Of a stretch of DNA of 52,652 nucleotides, positions 11,185 through 22,599 are shown one piece after another. A program made the position numbers and the translations under genes. Position 1 is the stretch's first letter, and every line of letters begins with the position of its first letter. The stretch comes from Folioceros fuciformis (lineage: Eukaryota), in assembly GCA_049999805.1 (NCBI GenBank), contig JBNGIO010005956.1, positions 76,614-129,265 on the forward strand, written 5' to 3'. The notes beneath the pieces are model-generated. The model had not been told where the DNA came from. It worked only from the letters and a program-made list of their open reading frames with translations, and did not search any database.

Positions 11185-14100
11185 CTATGCTAAAGCAACA
11201 ACAGCAATAGGACTGCTCACATGATGAGAACCATCAGTCCACGTGAGCCTTCCAAACACGTATCCTCCCAGAGAATCCTCCCTAACCGTAAAAGTTACCT
11301 CGTACTTGCGTTTCTCACCAATAGTGTTGAACTCGAGAACAGGAGGAACTACAGAAACCACGACACCTGGAGGTGCCTGCACAACCGAGTGATAGATGCT
11401 TTTCTGGACAGGTCCGACGTTTGTCACAGTCCTTGTAACTGTGAGACTCTTATTCACGGCGGATGCAGCTATGGAGGGATAGTTGAGGTCAGTTGCAGCC
11501 ACACTACTTCTCTCGCTTGAGCACGTGAAGTTGCCCCCGGAGATGGCTTGGACAGAGGTGCTATTGTAACCTGTGCTGCATAGGAAGGTGAGGTAGTCCT
11601 CACTGCAGAGATCGTACACCAGGCCAGGATTCATTACGTTCACGGCATTTACTTGACCAGCTCCATAGTGAAAGGGTGTGGCCGGAGAGAATGATGAATT
11701 CTTTATGATCTCGTTCATGTTGTCATAAGGAGAAGCTGATGTGGCAAAGAGGATGAGGTCAGCGAACGCGTCTTCTTGCACTTTACACACAATATAAACT
11801 GCAATTGCAATGCATAAAACACTTGCCTGAGGTCATGAGAGCAGATTTAATGGCAGCAGGGCTCCAATCTGGGTGGAGTGACTTCATGAGAGCTGCAAGC
11901 CCAGATATATGAGGGCAGGACATAGAAGTCCCTGAGACCATGTTGTACGTCACGGGCACGTTCAATGCTCCCGGCGACCACGAAGCCACGATATTCACCC
12001 CAGGAGCCATGATGTCCGGCTGAAACAGGAAAAAATACCATCAATTTGACATCCATGAGTGTAAGTCGAATGTGGAACGTGCACAACAAGCTAAGTATTG
12101 ATTCAATAAATGTTGGCCTTCAGCACCTGGAAGCACCTACTTCACATATAGCTCCCATCCTACCTTGAGAATGTCAGGAGTGATGGTGTTCGGGCCTTGT
12201 GAGGAAAAGCTGGCCACCACGGGAGCAGGTCTTGTCAATGATCCATTGACTTGGGTTCTCACCTTGGAAAAGAGAACCGAGGGGGATCTGCAACTCACAC
12301 AGAAACATGGATGAAGTACAAAGCAACTCGATTGTACACAATTCGAACGCATGGTGGTTGAAGCCGCAGCACACACACATTAATATTAGTTACCTGGTGG
12401 AGTTGATGTATTTCTTCAGCTCAGCGCCAACTTCTGGAGTCACTTGTGCCACTGGAATGCCGAAGAGCTCAATTTCTTCTGTGTTTACTGGTTCAGAAGA
12501 AATCACTATAAATCCTTTAGCTCCTAGCAACTCAGAAATATATGGGAAACCCAGCTTCGGATCCACTTCGCACACGAGAACTTGAGTCCCGTTCAACTTC
12601 GACAGATCCCAGAACGTCTCATCACAATACTTGCTGTGCACAAAACCACCAAGAATGCAGTCAGCTGGAAACTGCTGGCCTCGAGGGACAATTCGGAGAA
12701 ACATGGCAAAGACCTTCCCCATGTACAGACAAACAAACCTTTGCTCGGAGGTAGAAGTGTTCGAAGGAATGTCTCCAGCATAGACAAGGGGAGAAGGCCC
12801 TGTGATCGGCCATGGCTCCAAAAAATGCCTGTCCGTGAGGGAAACCCCCTGAGACACAAGAACGCATGCATATTAGGCCTTCCACAAGCACCGAAGGAAT
12901 GAAAAAACTGATGTCAAAAACTTTCAAGAGATGTGAACAATACAGTGGCAGAGATGTTCCCAGCAGTGATGGAGTTGACGAAGGTCCGATCAATCGTGCC
13001 CGCCGCGACAGTTGCAATCCAGGGAGCCAGATTGGTGGCCGTCCCTGGAGCCCCTGCATTACCAGCTGAGGCAGACACAAAAATCCCATGCTCCACGGCA
13101 TGGAAAAGCCCAATTGCTACAGGATCTTCGAAAAACTGAGGCTGAGGATTCTCCTGCATGTCAGAGGAGGGCAACCTTGCATGTTAACCACATCCACATA
13201 GGGTTTCCATGCCATACAGGAATCTCATCAGGCCCATCTGCTCCAAACGGCTAGCAGCTAGCAGTAAGCACTTACATTGCCAATAGAGACTGAGATGACA
13301 TCAACGCCGTCAGCAATGGCCTCATCGAGTGCTGCCAACATGTCAGCCTCCTCGCAATTGCCCCCATTCCAGCACACCTTGTACGCGGCAACGTGTGCCA
13401 AAGGTGCTCCACCCTTGGCCGTCCCTCTAGCCAGACCGTCAACATCAACTCCTGCCACAAAACGCCCTGCAGCTGTGGAGGAGGTGTGGGTGCCATGCCC
13501 CTCATCATCCCGTGCCGATCTGTAACCCTGGATCTCGTCGTGGGACTCCAATGCTGCCAGGAAGTACTTTGCTCCAATCACCTTGCTGTGCACGATGGCA
13601 ACACTTAGAACCAGACTAGCAGATGTTCGCACAGTGCACAATTGAGTGAACAGAATCCGTCTCTACAATCTCTGGACTAGCAATTCGTGTCGGGACATAC
13701 TTGTTACAAGTTGTAGCATTCCAACCATCTCCTGTCACGCATTTCCCCTTCCATTTCGAGGGGGGTGGCCGCATGCCGGTATCCGAAAAACTTGCAGATT
13801 CAGGCCAGATTCCTGTTGTAAAAAAACCAGCGTTATTAACCCAGTCAAAACAAAAAAAACCTCACAATCTATTATACTGTTAAATAAACTACTTACCTGT
13901 GTCCAACAGACCGATCGTCAGACCGCTACCATATTCTGTTTTTGACCATAGACCTTCAGAATCAAATTCTGTTAACCCTATGAACTCCAATGAATGAGTT
14001 GTAGCTACTTTTCGTATTTTGCTAGGAAAAACGGATATTATTCCTGGTAAATCTGATAATAAAAATATATATTAATAAATAAAAAAAATTGAATACTCAA

Positions 14101-14605
14101 TCAACTTGATTTTTCTTTATTACCTCTTAAGGCATTTGCACTTTCAGGACGTAATAAGGCCGAGAATCCATTGAATCCATTTACATAACTATGTAGATGA
14201 GCAGATTTTGCTGCCTCCTTGCTGTTGCACCCAACACAGAAACCATAAGTATATGTAAATACCATCACTTGTTAAAACACTTTCCACAGCCGCTCAAACA
14301 AAAGATGTTATGTTTACCTCCCTAGAACATTAGCAAGATGTCCTAAATGTGTGTCTTTGAGTTCATGAGCAAACATGTTGTTTGACTTGCCTCCCATGTA
14401 AATAATATGAGGCTGCAAGTTTATGCATAAGCATTAGTTAATTCAATGTGTAATTAATTCGTGGACAAGCATTAAGCTCTTGCAAGATCAGCTAACACTT
14501 TTGCAATAGAAAGCTCACTTGTTTGGTCGAAGTATCCTTTGCCAAAACTGAAGGTGTCATTACAAGAAATAGCAATGTCAAGGATAGTAGGTAATGGAGA
14601 GCCAT
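11185..14605 (-). CDS. Subtilisin-like serine protease (plant subtilase, S8A), 12 exons
   Basis: Exons approx. 14605-14519 (signal peptide [22 protein letters not shown]), 14412-14318, 14221-14124 (I9 prodomain, [12 protein letters not shown]), 14052-13897 (TTHS; catalytic DTG), 13812-13701, 13585-13276 ([11 protein letters not shown]), 13154-12944 (SAGN), 12849-12739, 12633-12393, 12287-12164, 12019-11827 (GTSMSCPH), 11735-11185 (Fn3-like C-terminus). Splice sites keep the frame. Confidence 0.93.
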
Positions 14606-16264
14606 ATCTTCCTTCTTCCCTTATGAATCTGAAAGTGTCTTCCTTCTTCCCTTACAAATCTGAAAATGAAGCAAGTTGGTACCACTTGTTTAGACCACAT
14701 CATGCTTGACAGATGACGCCATGGTTGTTCGCAACAACATTTCTAAAAACGTTTCTATCGAAAGGGAAGAAGGATAGAGATGTACCACATTTATGAAAAC
14801 CAAAATAGCACTAAAAGAATCATGGGTGCGTGATAGGAGGCTGCAAGTTTGTGTACGTAGATATCTGATACCTTTAGATGAAGGTCAAACCTAGAGATCT
14901 GGATCATGAACATATAGCTTGATCACAATAAGTTTGAGCACACAAGTACTGTCTACTTTGTCTTATAATATAAATCAGCAGGTAGTCATGCATATATAGT
15001 CTAATCACAAGTTTTATCTCGATAACATTGATAGGTTTCATACGTATATCCACGTTGATGATACTCATATGTGTAAAATATGTTGATTAATCAAGAGTAT
15101 TTCTTGACAATGAGTAATAATTTAATCATTAATGTTCTGATTTATGGGTGTCAACACAATTCACTTGACTATCCACAAACAATGCATGTTAATGCAAATA
15201 CTAATGTTAGGTTGTATCCCAAGACATCAATGTTTCGAAGACTGCAGTAGTCTTGGGAGCATAACCAGTAGCTGGTGATGCCCAAATTTGCCATGTCCCA
15301 ATGTTATGAGAAACTTCCTATGATACCCTATAAATCTACAGCCATAGATGCTAGGTTAATCCGCCTTTTGAATGCTATAGTGTTGCTAAGATGTAACTTT
15401 GTTGTAGCATGAAATGTGTACACAATCTAAATTCTCCATGCCTTGAGCTTTAAAGTTCTTGTTGTTTTTAAGATAGAATAGACTGGAATCTCTCAATTCT
15501 AATGTTGATAGTTATTATTCACTCTATCACGATCCAAGGACAAGGTATGTGCAAACTTTGTCATGCTCATCATGTTTTGTCTATGGTACATTTGATTTTG
15601 TATGTATGGGTTGTCCATGATACTACATGTAGTAGAGACAAAAGTGCAACTTGCAGTGTTTGTGGGCATGGAGCATGGACCGTGGAAGTTGGTGAAGTAA
15701 ATGATTCCTAACAATGTGTTAGGTGAAAGTGTTCCAAACATTATATGCCAATGCCAATGGTGCATAGAGAATGACAAATATTAACATTTCTATGACTATG
15801 CTGCAAGGACATAGTATCTATCATTATCATACATTGTACCATGATCCAAGGACAAGTTGTGTGCAAACTTTAATATCATCATTGAGCTATGGCATATTGG
15901 ATTTTGTATGTAAGGGAGGTTTAAATGCCATATGCAAGCAACCATTGACGTTTGTGCGATCATGGTCCAAGGACATGGTAGTAGCTACAATGCTAATGTA
16001 TCACCAACAACGTTTTTAAGAACACAAGATTCAACAGTAGAATGAGACCTACGTGGGTGGGTCATGGAGGGAGTGTTGCTCATGTTAATAAGGTTTACTG
16101 CAACATTCTATGGTGCTAATTCAAAGGAATAGGTGGGTGGTTTTAGGGTTTAGAGTCAAATAGTCGGTGTAAAGGTTATATAAAAAATGCCTTATCTTTC
16201 AAACTTTATGTCTATTCTTACTTCCACTATTCACTTTGTGAGAGTGCTTTATGCATGATGTAAC

Positions 16265-16521
16265 AAGTTGCAATAATGGCTGTGAGGTGGTTAGGGTGGG
16301 TGGTAGATGATGTGTTGCAGCAATAGCTGTAATGTGATTAGGGCGGGTGGTAGATGTGTTGCAGCAATGGTTGCAATGTGATTAGGGTGGTCATGGATGT
16401 GTTGCAGAAATGGCTGCAATATAATTAGGGTGGGTCATAGATGTGTTGCATTAGTGGTTGCAATGTGATTAGGGTGCGTCATAGATGTGTTGCAGCAGTA
16501 GTTGCAATGTGATTAAGGTGG
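16265..16521. repeat. Degenerate 44-bp minisatellite (~5-6 copies)
   Basis: Unit GATGTGTTGCAGCAATGGTTGCAATGTGATTAGGGTGGGTCATA starting at 16309, 16353, 16396, 16440, 16484. Confidence 0.85.
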
Positions 16522-17244
16522 ATTGCTAATGTCCTCTATAGATAATTGCCAAATTTTGTTGACCTCCAAGTAATCTACTTGAATGTTGTCAATGGCTATT
16601 GATTGTTTCATTAGCATATTGAAACAATGATACTTGATGCCCCTTAATCTACAACATTCAATCCTCACCGCCAATAGTATTATATGCTTCGTATTAAAGT
16701 ATTTAAAGTACCATATGACTTTACTAGCCTGTGCTTGCATATACACTGAGGCATCTAGAGTATAAGTTGTTGTTTGAAATGTGAGTGTAACCTAAATTTC
16801 ATTTGCACGGTGTGAATATATGTGGAAGTACCTAAATACTTGTTAATTCTATGTATTAGATTGTACATTATGTATGTATTCTTATCTCAAAACTTGTTGA
16901 TTGTGTGCCCATTGGATTTCATGCTATCCTCTGCATCTCAAAACAAGCAAAGTGTAAATATTGGACTTTTAGACTAACTTTGCATATTCCAAAAGTACAT
17001 AAGCAATTGCTTATATAAACATATCATACTATGCATATCTTAAAACTTGCATGTTGTGTTCATTGGACTTAAGACTATCCCATTTTATCTCAAAACATGT
17101 GAGGTGTGAATCCTAGACTTTATAATCCCATAAGTATTCTTCCTCCCAAGATGCATATGTTTTTATCCCTTTTGCCCTCGAGGTCTATGGCCAACGACTT
17201 TTCAAGGCTCATTAACGAGTCTGTCATGCTGTTGTTGTATGAAG

Positions 17245-17426
17245 AACAGAGCACCTGCGACTCTATGACTAACAGAGCACCTGAGACTCTATGACTAACA
17301 GAGCACCTGAGACTCTATGACTAATAGAGCACATGAGAGTCTATGACTAACAAAGCACCTGAGACTCTATGACTAACAAAGCACCTGGGACTCTATGACT
17401 AACAAAGCACCTGAGACTCTATGACT
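17245..17426. repeat. 26-bp minisatellite, 7 copies
   Basis: AACA(G/A)AGCACCTGAGACTCTATGACT head-to-tail, no spacers. Confidence 0.95.
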
Positions 17427-17799
17427 GGATACTGACTAGAGCATCCTGGGCATAAGCCCTTATGCTGAAGTGCTTGACGATGTCATGTACATGGCCCATG
17501 GTTGGCTTGCACATGACATGTATGCCTGGGTGTGTGCCATGTATGCATGTGTGCATGTGAAGATGAAGGATAACATGTGGATGCATGTGACATATCTAGA
17601 GAGAGGATGTATGTATCATGGTGGATGTGAACCATGTGTGTTGGATGCATGTGAGGAGTAGCGCCATGGCACATATGAACCATTGCGGAGATATTCCAAA
17701 ACAAATATAAAAATGATAAAATAAGAAAAGAATGAAGTAGGCTGCTTAATTGGTCATTATTTGGTAATAGACCAAAGGCCAAGGAGAAGTAAGATTATA

Positions 17800-18470
17800 A
17801 AGTGCCTACCATCTGTGGGGGAGGCACTTCATTGAGAGTTCTTGGGGATTTTGCCTATATATGTGAGCTACCGTTCTTGGGGATTTTGCTTATATACGTT
17901 AGCTACCCAGCGATGGATTCTCAGATTGTTGATGTTTGTCTTATTCTAATAGACAACCATACTTCGTCCCTGCTGTGTCTTTGTCTCCCGGAGGTTCTTG
18001 TGGTCTGTTGCATTGTCAGGTTGGGAGAACTTTTCATCTTGATTTTACCACATCAACAATTTTCCATCTTGACTTTAGCTCTTGGGACTTTCAATCCATA
18101 TTTCTTGTTATTTGGACACAATGCAGTGTTTCCGAATGTGGTGAAGGATACTAACTCCAACCCTATTGACTAGAGCAAAAATGCAAATATGTGCTTGGCA
18201 AAGGTTCAAGCCAGAGCAAAGGTGTTTTAAAGGATTCTTCCTATGGCTATGGACAATTTGGCTGTGGCCCAGCATCGGGACCAACTGAGGTATGCTTACA
18301 TGCGGGGGGGCTCATGGAAGCCCAAAGCTCGCAAGTTTGCACTTGGAGATTATGTGTATTTGCAGCACAGGCCTGCAAGCATGTTGGATGTCAGCATAGG
18401 GAGGCTTATCTTGAGAGTTGTGCAAGTTGGTAAGCAGCTGTTGTGTTTTCTAGGCAAAGTGATCTAGACA
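17800..18470 (+). mobile_element. Ty3/gypsy integrase C-terminal relic
   Basis: Frameshifted peptides '...PYFLLFGH...' and 'NLAVAQHRDQLRYAYMRGGSWKPKARKFALGDYVYL...ILRV' resemble the end of gypsy integrases of non-seed plants. Confidence 0.65.
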
Positions 18471-18734
18471 ATTTTGTGGGAAACCTGGTGGCTAAGCCCC
18501 CAAGTTTCCCAAGAGGGCTGTTCGCGGCCTTGGGCCTGCCTCTTTTAGGCAGACCTAGCCCCTTCTTGTAGCCTTACTCTTGGTCATAGGCCAAGAACAA
18601 TTTGTGGCTAGGTTGTTGATCTTGGGCCATAGGCCAAGGATATCGCAGGTGGGCTAGTGCTTAGATACTTAGCATTGTGGATAAGCTGGGTAGGCTTGCA
18701 GCTATGCAGCTGCTGCGCGACAAGTGCGCAAAAA

Positions 18735-19020
18735 GACTTTTCAAGGTTCATCGAGGAAGGCTTAAAAAGGATTTTTCAAGGCTAATGAAGGAGTGCGTAA
18801 AGGTACATCACAGTTATAGGAATGGGTTCTTCCTCTTTCCTTAGTGGTGGCCTTCTTTCGACAATGCGTATTCATTACTCTACAAAGGGCATTGGCCAAT
18901 GCAATCGTTAACTTAGTGACAAGTGTGAGTCAAGTGGCTTCTTTTGTCAGCTGTTGTAAATAGGTCTTTTGTTATTTCACATCCCGACATTTCGAGAGCA
19001 ATAGATAATTTTGGGAGATA
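18735..19020 (+). mobile_element. CRE-like non-LTR retrotransposon fragment, copy 2
   Basis: Reverse-complement homolog of ~7820-8065 (GACTTTTCAAGGTTCATC...CAAAGGGCATTGGCCAA...TTTTGTTATTTCACATC). Confidence 0.65.
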
Positions 19021-19498
19021 GCTAGGTCGTGGTTCGCATGTGATGGTGGTGAAGGCGCTAATATAAGGTTGCAAGCAGTTGTGGTGGCATCTTAACCTCC
19101 AAAGGGGGGCTCGGCTGCTAACACATGGGCGGAGGTGGTCAATGAGGGTAAATACAGTAATGCTTCTGACAATATCATGATGGACAGAGTTAATAGGGTG
19201 ATTCAGTTGAACAAATAATTTTGGAAATGATATTCAAGGGGCCTAGTTCTCCTTTTCCAAACTAACTTCAATTGCACTTCGACATTCTTTTCTAGAGATG
19301 TTAGTGGAAGTGTGACAATATTGGTTGGGTGTCAACAAAAAGAGCCAAATGGTTCTAACACCTAGTCAAATGGTTCTCTTAGTTCATTGAGACGCAACAC
19401 ATGTCATCGGTATGTTACCATGTTACAACCTTCCCACCGCCAACCACCAGCAAGCTGTACGTGTCACAAGATGGCAACTGTGCTGGGTCTTTCTATTT

Positions 19499-22480
19499 TC
19501 AAGGTCGACCCTTACAAGTGCAACAACCATCTGCAAAACGATGCACACGGTACGCATCCCTGACAACAATGTCTCTCCTTTCAACCCTTGACATGATCTC
19601 GGTAGAACTGTGGCAGTCACTGCACATGCGTAGATTCTTGGTTACCAGCAAAGGTGTGCCACTGGGAGTGTTCAAGAGACCGTACGCAAGAGCTAGCTTT
19701 TCAGCATGCCCACAAAGCAATTCCTCTTTATCCTTCTCAGACAGGGGCTTCAGTACCAAGTTGGTGTGTGGTACATGACCCCCTTCCTCCTTCAGACGCA
19801 CATTTACACTCTCTACCTTAAGCGAAATATCCTCTCTCCGATCTCCCACCACGAATGTATGTACCTGCTTCCCCACCTCAATGCCTGCCACTGCAGGTTT
19901 CTTGTTAGCTCCTGCTCCCACTCTCTGCTTTTCGATCCTGTCTACATCTGCCCACCTACCTGCATCTGCATATACATTGGCCATGAGCACATATGTGGAA
20001 GCCCGCTGAGGATCAAGTCGAACCAGACTTTCGAAACACCGAATGCCCCTCTCTACATCTCCGTGCCTTTTGCAAGCATTCAGCAAAGACGTCAGACCCA
20101 CCACGTCATTTTGACTCTCATACGATGAGAGCACCTTCTCTGCCTCGTCTAAATGGCCTGCACGCCCAAGAAGATCAACCATGCAGGTGTAATGCCCTGT
20201 GGCAGGTTTGATGCCATGCTGTCCAAACATGGCATCAAAGTGCTTGCGACCCTCATTCACCAGTCCCGCATGACTGCATGCTACTAAAAGGCAAGTGAAG
20301 GTGACATCGTTAGGATGAACGCCAGCTCCTTGCATCTCCTCAAAACACGCTAGTGCCTTTTGACCTTCATCACAAGCACCGTAGCCCGCTATCAGGGCAT
20401 TCCATGTCACCGCATCCTTTGTGGCCAAACTGTCAAAAACTCTCCGTGCCTCTTCCGGTTCCCCGCATTTTGCGTACATGTCCACCAGGCAGGTGCCAAC
20501 CATCATGTCAATCTCCAGCTGTCCTCTTCCTCCAATTTGGGAGTGCAGCCGCCTCCCCAACTGCAAGGCACCAGTGCTTGCACATGCCTTCAAAAGGCAA
20601 GAGAAAGTCACACTGTCAGCAACAATCAGGCCCTCCACCTCCATTTGTTCATGAAGAAGGAGGGCCTCTCGCGCGAGGCCGTTATTTGCATACCCAGCAA
20701 TCAGAGCGTTCCATGTCACCACATTTTTTGAGGACAGGCCATTAAAAACACGGCGTGCATTCTCCAGATCACCACATTTTGCGTACATGTCCACCAGAGA
20801 GTTGCCAACAAACAAGTTGAGAGGGACGCCGCTGTGCAACAAATCAAAGTGCACTTGTCTGCCTGATTCCAAGTCGGCTGCGACTGCACAGGCTTGAAGA
20901 GCAGCTACGAAGACGTGAGCATCCGCCTTCAGACCTGAGCTCCGCATCTCGTGGTACAACTGTATGCCCTTCTGTGCCGCACCAGCGTTTGCGCAGGCCT
21001 TTAGAAGGGAAGCAAAGGTAACATGGTCAGCCAAAATCAGGCCCTCTTGCTTCATTCGTCCATACAGGAGAAGAGCCTCTTGACCCAGCCCATGATTTGC
21101 ATAACCAGCTATAAGGGCGGTCCATGTCACCACATCCTTCGAGGACAAGCCGTCGAAAACCTGGCGTGCATCTTCCATTTCGCCACATTTTGCATACATA
21201 TCCACCAAGCAGTTGCTAACAATCAAGTTGCCTAGCTGACCTCTTCCCACAATCTGCAAGTGCAGCTGCCTGCCCTTTTGTAAGGCACCTGTGCTTGCAC
21301 ACGCCTTGAGAAGGGAGGCAAACGTGACTTGGTTGGCCGCAATCAACCCCTCTTGCTCCATCTGTTCATGGAGAAGGAGGGCCTGTTGACCGTGCCCGTG
21401 ATTTGCATACCCCGCTATGAGGGAATTCCATGTCACAACATCCTTTACGCCCATGCCCTCAAAAGCCTGGCGTGCATCATCCAGTTTTCCACATTTTGCA
21501 TACATGTCGACCAGGGAGTTGCCAACAAACAAGTTAGAAGCAATACTGCTGTGCAACACATCAGAGTGCACTTTTCTACCAGATTCCAGGTCGCTGGCAA
21601 GTGCGCAAGCTTGAAGGGCAGCTACAAAGACATGGGCATCCGCCGTCACACCTGACCTACACATTTCATGATACAGCAGTATGGCCTCCTTAGGCTTCCG
21701 ATGTTGAGCGTGTGCGGAGATGATGGAAGACCAGATGAAGGCATCTGGTTGGCCAACCCTGGTGAACACGTCCATGGCCTCTTGCAACCTTCCCGCAGAT
21801 GCATACATGCGCAAGATGTGGTTCCCCAAGAAAGCATCCGACTCGTACCCGAGTTTGACAGAGAGATAATGAACTCGTCGCCCCAGAACCAGATCCTTCT
21901 TGGCTGCACAAAGTTTTAGCACGGCATAAACAAGAGACTCAGAAACACGACAGTCCGTCTGCGCCAAAAATTCCAGGGCCTCAACGGCCTCCGTGGGCTT
22001 CCCCTGCTGACACAACGAGCTTACGGTCACAGGAGTCACACCCACGTCCGACCCTGAAGGAGAAGCCCCATGACTCATCTGCATATCCAAAGCAACCAGC
22101 TGCTCATCTACCCAGGCAGGCTTGAGAAAGTTGTCAAGCCAGAGGACCTCGCCGGACCCCTTGCGTCGGAAGTCAGGCGAACGGGAGCTCTTCTTATCTC
22201 GCCTGTTATCCCACCACACCGTAGGATCCAGAAAAAACTGCCGCCACAGGAGCTCCTGCTCCTCCCCCTGGCGACGACCATCCCGGGAACGGGGAAGTCC
22301 TTCTCCAACCACACCTTTTCTCAGAACTGCAGGGTTCCTCCCACTGCTGCACCTGCAAGCGTGCTTGTCTGCCATTGCGTGACTGCCTAGAGAGAGCTGA
22401 GCGGGAGCTCCTGGAACAACCCCTGTCCTCCCACCAATTTGCTGAGTCCACAAGGCATCCGGTTGCCACACGGTGGCCAT
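19499..22480 (-). CDS. PLS-class PPR protein with E1-E2-DYW:KP (GRP-type) domain and N-terminal PDF motif; candidate U-to-C organellar RNA editing factor
   Basis: Intronless 993-aa ORF with ~19 P/L/S motifs including a P-LL-L-S unit, then P2-L2-S2-E1-E2. KPAVAGIE replaces the PG box, followed by HAEKLA, CSDC and a C-terminal CTCKGRP. N-terminal LWRQFFLDPTVWWDNRRDKKSSRSPDF...LWL...PAWV motif. Confidence 0.93.
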   Translation of the reverse strand: MATVWQPDALWTQQIGGRTGVVPGAPAQLSLGSHAMADKHACRCSSGRNPAVLRKGVVGEGLPRSRDGRRQGEEQELLWRQFFLDPTVWWDNRRDKKSSRSPDFRRKGSGEVLWLDNFLKPAWVDEQLVALDMQMSHGASPSGSDVGVTPVTVSSLCQQGKPTEAVEALEFLAQTDCRVSESLVYAVLKLCAAKKDLVLGRRVHYLSVKLGYESDAFLGNHILRMYASAGRLQEAMDVFTRVGQPDAFIWSSIISAHAQHRKPKEAILLYHEMCRSGVTADAHVFVAALQACALASDLESGRKVHSDVLHSSIASNLFVGNSLVDMYAKCGKLDDARQAFEGMGVKDVVTWNSLIAGYANHGHGQQALLLHEQMEQEGLIAANQVTFASLLKACASTGALQKGRQLHLQIVGRGQLGNLIVSNCLVDMYAKCGEMEDARQVFDGLSSKDVVTWTALIAGYANHGLGQEALLLYGRMKQEGLILADHVTFASLLKACANAGAAQKGIQLYHEMRSSGLKADAHVFVAALQACAVAADLESGRQVHFDLLHSGVPLNLFVGNSLVDMYAKCGDLENARRVFNGLSSKNVVTWNALIAGYANNGLAREALLLHEQMEVEGLIVADSVTFSCLLKACASTGALQLGRRLHSQIGGRGQLEIDMMVGTCLVDMYAKCGEPEEARRVFDSLATKDAVTWNALIAGYGACDEGQKALACFEEMQGAGVHPNDVTFTCLLVACSHAGLVNEGRKHFDAMFGQHGIKPATGHYTCMVDLLGRAGHLDEAEKVLSSYESQNDVVGLTSLLNACKRHGDVERGIRCFESLVRLDPQRASTYVLMANVYADAGRWADVDRIEKQRVGAGANKKPAVAGIEVGKQVHTFVVGDRREDISLKVESVNVRLKEEGGHVPHTNLVLKPLSEKDKEELLCGHAEKLALAYGLLNTPSGTPLLVTKNLRMCSDCHSSTEIMSRVERRDIVVRDAYRVHRFADGCCTCKGRP

Positions 22481-22599
22481 GTTACACCACCTGTCGCTGT
22501 CGGGAAAATTGAGACGGCAGGACTCCTAGGCACTCTGCATAGCCAACAACAAGACGTGAAGAGGCTACCCCATCCTCAGCAAGCGCAGTGTAGACGCTG

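Noticed and set aside
17245-17426. CRISPR-like array (26-bp repeats); also considered for the 49-bp array at 47599-47949
   Set aside because: Units are head-to-tail with no unique spacers, there are no cas genes, and the context is eukaryotic.
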